From: Jimgerdemannia flammicorona | Taxonomy: Eukaryota | NCBI GenBank assembly: GCA_003990765.1 | Contig: RBNJ01000094.1 | Location: 1-42,170 of the forward strand | Direction of reading: 5' to 3' | DNA: 42,170 nt | Part shown: one piece after another, positions 33,650-42,170 of the stretch | Layout of the letters: every line of letters begins with the position of its first letter | How positions within the stretch are numbered: position 1 is the first letter of the stretch | The notes under the pieces: generated by a model | The model's input: only the letters and a program-made list of their open reading frames with translations | The model's database searches: none | Told to the model about the DNA's origin: nothing | Program-made: the position numbers and the translations under genes

Positions 33650-35329
33650 CAGATAATAAAGCTTTAAGCCTATAATATAACTACTTAGAAAGAATCAATG
33701 CCAATATATGTAGATACATTCTTACAGATACTCCAAAGAACTCACATCTAACAAAGACAATATGAATAAAGAGCTTTACTATAGAATCATTACCTATCTG
33801 AGATAGTATGAGATGTCTCAATATCTGGAAAAATAGACTCAAATAATTATTAATAGAACCTGGAAACAATTTGAAACTAATAGAAAAATAGTTAAAAAAG
33901 AAAAGCTACTAGTTATATCTAAGTATAAAAAGAAGTAAGTAATAAAGTCAGAATATGAACTTAGTCATCTAGGAGAAATAAATATCTATAATAAAGTCAG
34001 AAGAACAATATAGTTGTCAGAAATATATAGAAAAAGATATCTGATAATTTGTCAGGATTTATGATAAATATTAGAAACAAAGGTAAGACTAATAGAATTA
34101 AGCTCCAGAATTAGCAGATATTAAACTAACCCTATTTACTCATATTGTAAAATAAATCTTTATTTATAATATTAACTAAAAATCAATATATTATTATTAT
34201 TATAAATATCTTTATTAAATAGATAGAAGCAGAACTCCTCAAGAAAGTCAATATATAATCAATTACTGATTTCTTCTATAGAGAAATTATCTACTAATTT
34301 AAGACTCTAAAATAAGTAACAATAGATATAAGAATAGAATTTATAAACCAGCTCTTTGAGGTTCTTTACAAAAAGTATAAGACTTAGTATATTTAAACTA
34401 CAGCTTATTTCATATCTATAAGAAAATAGACAGATAGAAAGAATTAACAAAACTCTTAAGAATATTATTACTAAGATTGGTAATAACTATATAAATTGAT
34501 ATTATTATCTACTAATAATATTATCTACTCTCTGTAATATATAATTATAAAGTATCTATTTTACTCTTTGGAAATTACTATTTAGAGAAGAAATTTCTGA
34601 AGGAAGCTTATTAACTAATAGAGATATGGTATAGAAGTATATAGATATAAAGATATAGAGACTATATTAGATAAGAAAAAAGGCTAATAATTATATAACT
34701 AAGATATAGACACTATAATGAAATAATATAAAAAGATATATAAGTCTCTAAAGATTATGAAGATAGGAGACAAAGTTCTGATATATTAGAATATAATAAA
34801 AGCTTCATAGTTACAAAACTAGAGTCCAGGCAGAAAAGATCTTATCATGTATAAAATATATATATATAAATAAATAAAAAATACTTTTTGGTTATAAAAA
34901 CTCTTAAATATAATTACTCTTATTACTATTTATCAAAACTAACTCAAGAAATACTATAATTAATAAATAAAGCACAACTATAGCCCTCAAAATCACTAGT
35001 ACTATCTAATAAACTATAGAAATACAATAGTATTCTACTGAGCTCTCAACTATAGAGGAGTTCTTTGATAGTATATAAAGTATTATATAGATCTATCTAT
35101 TATAAATATTCCATTTTAGAGTATATTAATACTGTATATAATTTCAATAGTACTTTAAGTTAAAATAACCTTTTAGCTAATAATCTAACAAGGTAAAAGA
35201 AGAATAAATATAATCTGTTAGATCTCTTATACTCAGATAATTATTACTAAATAAATCTACAAACTATTCAAAAATAATAAACCAGCTATAGCCCACTTCA
35301 ATAGAGTAGTACTAAATAATTTTATATAG
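33650..35329 (+). mobile_element. Extremely AT-decayed Ty3/gypsy pol relic (RNase H and integrase remnants)
   Basis: Ghost motifs after reverting transitions: integrase Zn region (H.G..Y..WP..DI..FVR..D.CQ) around 33960-34080 and TAYHP..NGQ.ER.NKTL around 34395-34460. Confidence 0.65.
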
Positions 35330-36906
35330 TGTAACAGACCAAAATGTACCACCTGAATTATAACTTAGCCAGATGACGCGAACAATTAGCATACTTACTC
35401 AGCATGATGTGACTTCCAGTGTATCATAGTTACTCATGCCCGCCACACTTATAATTAGCCAAGACACCAGATCAGGATTGTTTACCTGTGTTCTGAGGAC
35501 ACACTTATGTCCAGCGAATACACTCATATCCTGCAGACACACTCATGTCCTGTGGACACACTCATGTCCTGTGGACACATCTGTACCCAGAGGACATACC
35601 CAAACATTACCAAAGATAGCAAATCTATAGTTAGCCACATAGTAACCAGATAGCAACCAACTTGTATAAATTACCCCAGAGGTGAGAGTGAATAAAACCT
35701 CAGTCTGAAATACAAATACCAAAGAAGCCTCTAAAGATTGAGCATTGGTCCCCTTTCTACTCTGGTCCACTTTCCGATATAAAGCTGATTTTGCTGCCAA
35801 GTTCAAGAAAGAACTTCACCACCTTTGGAACTATTGGTTTGCTTGCCAGATAAGCCTGAAGATTTGCCGCCTAAGTTCAAGGAGAACTTCGCTGCCTTTT
35901 GAAGAACCTGCCACTTAAAGGAATAAGCTGCACTATTGGTATGCTTGCCAGATAAGCCTGAAGAACCCTATCCTCCATCTTCTCAAGAAAGCTGCCTTGC
36001 TCAAGCCAGTTTCTGATTCAACTTCGCAGTGATCTGTTCATGCAAATGAAGCCAGTCTTTGACACAACTTTGCCAAGAGACCCTTTCCAAGAATGCTGCC
36101 AGTAGTTCGTATTCCCAGTTGAAGCCACCGATTTAGAAGAATCTGCGCCACCTGAGTTATTTCCCAGAAGCCCGCCGATTTAGGAAGAATCCGCGCCATC
36201 CCGTTTTCCAGTTAGAACCCTGCCAATTCAGGAAGAATCTGTGCCATCCGAGTTAATTCCCAGTTAAGCCGCCATTTTCAAGAAGTCTGCTGATTCAGGA
36301 AGAATCTGCGTCATTCGCTGTTTTCAAGTTATCTGCATTCCCAGAGAATCTGCGCCACCCGAGTCGTTGTTCCCAGAGGAGCCCAACTAGCAACATCCGA
36401 GTTATTTGTCATTCCCAGTGAGCCCGGAAGAATCCACCACTTGTACTATTTCCAGTAACAAGAACCTGTGCCATATATTCCCAGTGAGCCAAATCGGGTT
36501 ATCTGCTGAATTATCAGAACATCTGCATAAGAAACCCGTCACACTACACAGAGATCATCATGCAGAAATCACATAAGGAGAACCGTTAAATTGCCAGACC
36601 GTCATGCACAAGGAGATCGTCGCATTACACAGAAATTTCCCGTCACTCAAGAAAGAAACCGCTTGTGCTACACACAGAAATTGTGCCATTCCCAGTTGAC
36701 CCAAGAAGGAAAAGACATACAAATCACCACTACACCCAGAGAACTGTCCCAATAAGGAAATCGCTCGCACAGTATTCAGATCTTGACTATTATACCACTA
36801 AACACCAAGAACATTTTGTTGCTTTTAACAAAGTAACTGGGGGCTCAAGCCAAACTACATCAACCCCCCACCTTGTAATTTGCCTCCATTGAGCCGGTAC
36901 ATTACA
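35330..36906 (+). mobile_element. Solo LTR (1577 bp) inserted in the decayed relic, 4-bp TSD ATAG
   Basis: Begins TGTAA and ends TTACA. ATAG at 35326-35329 and 36907-36910. Sharp GC step at both ends, TATA-like GATATAAAG near 35777, internal repeats and no credible ORF. Confidence 0.85.
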
Positions 36907-36910
36907 ATAG

Positions 36911-38400
36911 ATAACAAAATATCATTAGGGAAATATAATTAAGAAATTTTATAGTATATGATCTTATAAAAAGTAAAAGTTTGAAAGTTTAAATTAATAT
37001 TTTAGAGACAAAATTATCTTTTTAGAAAAGTTATAATAGTTGATCTAAATTAGAATAAAATTAAGAGAATAGATATTTAATTATAGTATCTGAATCTAAT
37101 TTTCAAATATAATATAGTATATATTATAGATATAAGATAACTTATAGCTTATATAGCTACTACATATATAGCTAGTAAATCTATATAAATAATTCAGTAT
37201 TTAGAGTAAATAAACCTCAGATTAAAATAGTTCAAAATAAAAAAAACTAATAAGCCTACAAGTAAGTCTTTTGAGATTCTTATGATAGATAGTTCTGTTT
37301 TTTTTTTTTTTTTTAGCAAACATCATTCTGAATGATCTTTATTTAGTAAAGGTTACAGAAGTATTTGAAATTTCCCATAGGATCTCAGATAAGCAGAAAT
37401 TCTAATTGATAGAGTTAACTTAGACAAGTTCTTTCTTTATAGTCTAGTTCATTCACTCTATTATTTTATAAGTTTGAAGATAGTACAATATAGTTCTTTT
37501 TAGATAAATCTTATAAATTTATATATAAGTTATAACTAACTTATAAATGAATTTTCTATACCTCAGTCAGAGATAAGTTCTTTTGAAGATATATATATAT
37601 TGAAGTGTAAGACTATAAAAGAGGACAATAATAATCAAGACATTAGTAATTTCTATTGAGAAGACTTTGGGCCATTTGATCAAATTTTCTATAAATACTA
37701 AAATATATTTTTTCTTTTATCAGAAAAAAAAACTTCAGTTTACATTTACTAGTTCATATTTATAGCTATTTGAGTTTATATTATTTAATATAGTTCAAGT
37801 TTACAGCTTTTAGTTCATATTACTATATATTTCGATCTATATATTTACTATTTAGTTCATATGGCTGTATCTTTAAGAAAATAAATCTGTTAGTATCTAT
37901 TAGTTTATATCTACAGTTATTCAAGTTTATATCATAAAATTATGGTTTGTATATTGTGTTTCTCTGTCTCTATTCTTAGTAATTTAGTTCATAAAATATG
38001 TAGAAATTTGAGACTTAGTTCTGAACTGACAAGTATGGCAATACATATCTAAATAAGAAAAATGATAAACAACTAGAGAATATATCTGTGACTCAATTAT
38101 TCTAATTTCCTAATAATATTCTTAATACTATCAATAAAATCCAGATATTTATTACTATTGTAATGGTGACCCCAGAATGATGACATCAGCACAGGAGACA
38201 GCCTTTCTTTACAAGCCACCAGATCAGAGTACAAGAAGATCATACAGTATATGAGATGAGCAATAATGACCAACTGTGAGTAATTGTGACTACAGCACAA
38301 GCATCCTGAAGAATATAAAAGAAGGATCAAGGAACTGCAGTAGTAGCAACCAATAAGAACCACCAATCCCAAAATAGCTCAAAGACTTACTACAAACAAA
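36911..38400. other. AT-rich decayed TE sequence, probably continuing the relic
   Basis: Same C/G-depleted composition as 33650-35329, grading into less-decayed sequence after ~38160. Confidence 0.45.
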
Positions 38401-39205
38401 ATGCCTGCTGCCCGCCAAACCTCAAGGTCAAGGAATCATCAAGGTATCTCGGTCGAGGAAAGAATGTTCCAAGACATCAGAAGAGCCATGAGGAACCACT
38501 CAAGAAGGACTCCTAGTGTTAACCTGGGTACTGCAGACCCCTATCACTTCATTCTCTACCGCCGCGAAATGGAAACAAGGATCACCATCGCCACCAAATG
38601 CCTCCAAATGTGGCAGGAGTACAAAATAGGAAACCTCCTCTGCCAGGAGTTCCCACAGGCCAGCCCTCAAGAGCTACAAGATGCCACCCCCATGGACCTA
38701 CATAAGGCAAGGACAGCAAAGAAGATCTATCAGATCTTCAGACATGCACCATGGTCGATCCCCAACTTAGAGTATGTTAGAGTCTCAGACTTCAGAGACC
38801 TGTCATCTGGCCGTATCAATGCACTAAAAGCCAGGGTAGCTACAGAAGCCCAGTCCACCATCACCCTCAACAGCGAAGAAGTAGAAGACTTCTGGCACCC
38901 TATCCTTCAGGACAACTCAGACCAATTCCTGCAAGGATTGATCTCAGTATTCCAAGACCCAAGCATCTGGGTTAGATCTCCCCAAGACCCCACATTTGTC
39001 CCCTATTTTGTGGAAGAGAACCTCATAGACTGGAGAGCCCCAGACCTTGTTCCCGACTTCTCCGCCACAGCCGAACGTGATGACGTCATTGATGACATCA
39101 TCCCGCGCAACATCAAAGCATGCGAAAATGACGAAGTACATGAGATGCACGGCCTGCATGACGAATTCGTGGACCTCATCTCCTTCAGTGATGATGATGA
39201 TGATA

Positions 39206-39249
<44 letters not shown>

Positions 39250-39279
39250 GCTCCTATGATCCTGAACTTTCTGCTCTAA
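38401..39279 (+). CDS. Retroelement-associated accessory ORF: helical domain plus poly-Asp tail
   Basis: Intact 292-aa ORF with ARTAKKIYQIF..IPNLEYVRVSDFRDLS and a (GAT)n run at ~39190-39246. Ends 6 bp before the LTR-like repeats. Confidence 0.65.
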
Positions 39280-39285
39280 GTTCTT

Positions 39286-39722
39286 TGTTATACTGGATAA
39301 TGCCAGCATCGGTATTCTCATGTAACACTGGATAATGCCAGCACTGGTATTCTGAGGTGACGCGAAATTGTTCCAGTACTGGCATTTTGATGTGATACTA
39401 AATAATGCCAGCCCTGGAACTCAGTAGTTTTAGTTATTGGAATTTATATTTAGCTTTATATCTTAGCAACCATTGAATTATATTTTGTATAAATACCTCT
39501 CTTATTTCCTCTGAAATAAAGTCAGTCAAGTTCACCTACACATACTTCCTTGCAAGCAATCTAAGAGATAACAAGACAGTTAAAGATAAGAAGTTTGAGG
39601 ACTATAAGACCTTGGGAAGGCACTCCAATAAGAACTTACTTATAACAACTTGAGTTAGTCTAAGAGATATACCTTGAAGAGAATCTGGCATATTTGAAGG
39701 ACTCAGCGACCACTACGTGACA
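39286..39722 (+). repeat. 5' LTR of a younger LTR retrotransposon (left edge uncertain)
   Basis: TG start candidates at 39286, 39321 and 39391. TATAAATA ~39488, AATAAA ~39515. Ends GTGACA at 39722, followed after 3 bp by PBS-like TGGTGCCCATTGG. Confidence 0.65.
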
Positions 39723-39725
39723 ACT

Positions 39726-39742
39726 TGGTGCCCATTGGCTGG
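39726..39742 (+). promoter_or_regulatory. Primer-binding site (tRNA not identified)
   Basis: TGG.. immediately after the LTR-terminal CA and upstream of gag. Confidence 0.55.
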
Positions 39743-39842
39743 TGATTCAAGATGAATCCCTCACTTTCAAGCTGAAAAACGAACAACTCCCACAACAACT
39801 ACCCTGACTACAAGAGTCACCCCTGCAAGAATTCAAGACAAG

Positions 39843-42170
39843 ATGGAAATGTGTCCCCCCACATTCTATGAATATACTACTGAAGAGTCAATCCTGACCT
39901 TCATTGAAGACTTTGAACAATTCACCACCATACGAGCCCTTGGTGTGGATGCTCAATTGGCTCTTCTACCAGTCAGTCTCAGAGGACCTGCTAGAGACAA
40001 GTTCAATGCAGCCACCATTACTGATGCTGGTGCAGCCAAACTTGCCAACATGAAGGCCTTCCTCAGAACAACATATTATACTGAAGAGATCAAGCAAGCT
40101 CTCAAGGATCAACTCAATACTATCTGCCAGAAACTTAGTGAAGATCCCAACTCATTCTATACCCGAATTTGCCACCAGATTGTCTTGGCTGGCTATGATG
40201 ACCGCCTCAAGGAACAAATAGCAGATTCAACCTTCCTCAAAGGAGTTTACCCTGAAATTGCCCTAACAATCCGGTCTACCCCAGCTGTACTGACCCTTGA
40301 TCAGAAAGTGGTCTTTGCACAGAGATATTGGACAGCCAGACACCCTGCCAAACACTTAATGGAGAAAATAACTGGCATCAAGATGGAGCCATCAAAGCCA
40401 ACTAGTATCTTACCTGCCACAGTTGTAAACAGACAACCAACCTCACCTACCCCCAAGACAGCCAAAGCTGACCCAGTGGAAGAACTTGCCAAGCAGTTCG
40501 CTGAGATGACTGCACACCTTGGTGATGTTGTTAGAGAAGTCCGAAGTGCCAATAGGAGACTAGTGCAGAGATTTGCAGCTGCTACAGAAGAACGCAATAA
40601 CATCACATGCTTCAGATGTGGAGAAGAAGGCCACTATACAAAGAATTGCATGACTGAAACAAGATGCAAAGCCCAACCAAGCAATGCTAGCAGAACCAGA
40701 GAACAAACCAATGCAGTAGTCATCAAGGAGATCAGTGACACAGATGATGAAGAATACTATGAGGAGCTCGAATTCTACCCTGCTACTGAAGGTACCAGAA
40801 CCCGGTCCAAGCCCTATGACAAGAAGAGCAACAGCAAGCCAGTTGGAAGACCAAAAAAGACTCCAGCTATCACTATTCAAAGCAAGACCCAACATGAGGA
40901 GATTGATCAAGACATGGAGTTAGATGAGGCAGCCCACCAAATTATCGAAGGCACTACTCCAGTCTCAGGAGAAAGCGAGAGCAAGAAGGAACAGAAGCTG
41001 TGCAAGACCAAGATCCACCAGTATGACATCTACAAGGACCTTAAGGAACAGAAGGTCAATGCCACTTTTGGGCAGCTAGCTGAAGTCCCTGCCTTCAGAC
41101 AGTAGTTGAGAGTAGGACTTACAACCACTGTCAAGAATCAAGAGTACAAGATTATAGAAGCTCACAATGCACAAGAAGAATCTGAGAACTCAGGTGAAGA
41201 ATCCGAAGACCAGTACAAGACATCAGCCTATACCCCCTGCCAGATTGAAGACTGTATCTTTGATGCCATCATTGATACTGGTGCTGGAGGATGCCTCATG
41301 AGCAAGAAGGCAATTGACCACCTAGGTTGGGATATTGAAGAGTCCACCAAGATGGTCTATGTCACAGCAGACGGTACATGAGCTACCCCCCTTGGCAAAA
41401 TCTGAGAAGTCCCCATCAAGATAGGAGGAGCTACCATCCCAGTAGATGTGATTGTTACAAGCACCACCAACTATGACATCCTCATTGGCAATCAATGGCT
41501 TCACAAGGCCAAGGCCATCATTGACCTCAATGCCCAGAAGATGCAGATCAACTACAGAGGGAGAAAGGTATGAGTTTCTATCAATGTCCACAAAGGAGTC
41601 CTGTCAGACATGGAGGAAGGAGATGAAGAAGACACAGAGGTCTTCAGGCACTTGGTGAACAAGAACAAGAACAAGACACCCAAGCTCACAGATGAGCAGT
41701 GGTACAACAAGATCATTGACAGCTATGCCCCTCAAGGAAGATGCCCCCATGGTACTAGGATGTACTGCTCCAAACACCTGAATGACTGCTGGTCCTGCAT
41801 CAGCGAAGTCAGGAAAATCCACCAACAGAAACATGAGCAAGAAGCCACCAAAGCAAAAAAGAAAGCTGAAGAAGATGACCAGCCCCCAGAGCTTCAAGCT
41901 GACAGTGACGATGAGGAGGAACAAGAACCAGACATCACTCTCAAGGTCAAGAAGTTTCACCCTGAAGCTAAGATCCCAGAATACAAGACTGAAGGAGCCA
42001 TAGGAATAGACCTTGCCAGCATCCAAGATGCTACCCTCGAACCACAGACCACCACCCTACTTGGCACTGGAATTGGAGTCAAGTTGCCAGAAAACCATGC
42101 CGGAATTATCAAGACCAGGAGCAGTCTGGCCAAAAGTGAAATCTCAGTTGAAGGAGGAGTAATTGACCCT
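39843..42170 (+). mobile_element. Ty3/gypsy-type gag-protease-dUTPase polyprotein (single frame, 3 in-frame stops), truncated by window end
   Basis: Gag with zinc knuckle CFRCGEEGHYTKNC; aspartic protease DAIIDTGAG..YDILIGNQWL; dUTPase from ~41931 (GAIGIDL, KTRSSLA, EGGVIDP). Stops at 41103 TAG, 41379 TGA, 41403 TGA. RT is outside the window. Confidence 0.9.

Overview
Eukaryotic (fungal) genomic window. GT-AG introns with CTAAY branch sites and the gene repertoire suggest an early-diverging fungus such as Mucoromycota (inference). Layout: (1) 3' part of a GH31 alpha-glucosidase gene with a frameshift (~216-1188). (2) A ~29 kb gene-dense, AT-richer cassette (~1.2-30.5 kb) that reads as a decaying giant mobile element. 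At its right end is an intron-containing DUF3435/Starship-captain-like tyrosine recombinase fused to two Myb repeats, transcribed inward. Its cargo includes a replication/recombination kit: a Pol-delta-like family B DNA polymerase, a 6-exon Rad52-like annealase not visible in the ORF track, two divergent EME1/ERCC4-like genes and an RPA32C-like tandem winged-helix protein. It also carries ubiquitin/signalling genes (F-box x2-3, BTB, RING-H2, PP2C, TPR) and a bZIP. Four dispersed copies of an ~80-87 bp near-perfect palindrome lie in its intergenic spaces. Many of its genes are broken by in-frame stops, each explicable by one C>T/G>A transition. (3) An intact host UDP-glycosyltransferase gene (30643-32549, minus). 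(4) A retrotransposon nest: an extremely AT-decayed Ty3/gypsy pol relic, a 1.58 kb solo LTR with a 4-bp TSD, an intact accessory ORF, and a younger LTR element with gag, protease and dUTPase running off the right edge. All family assignments are by-eye motif recognition; no searches were run.
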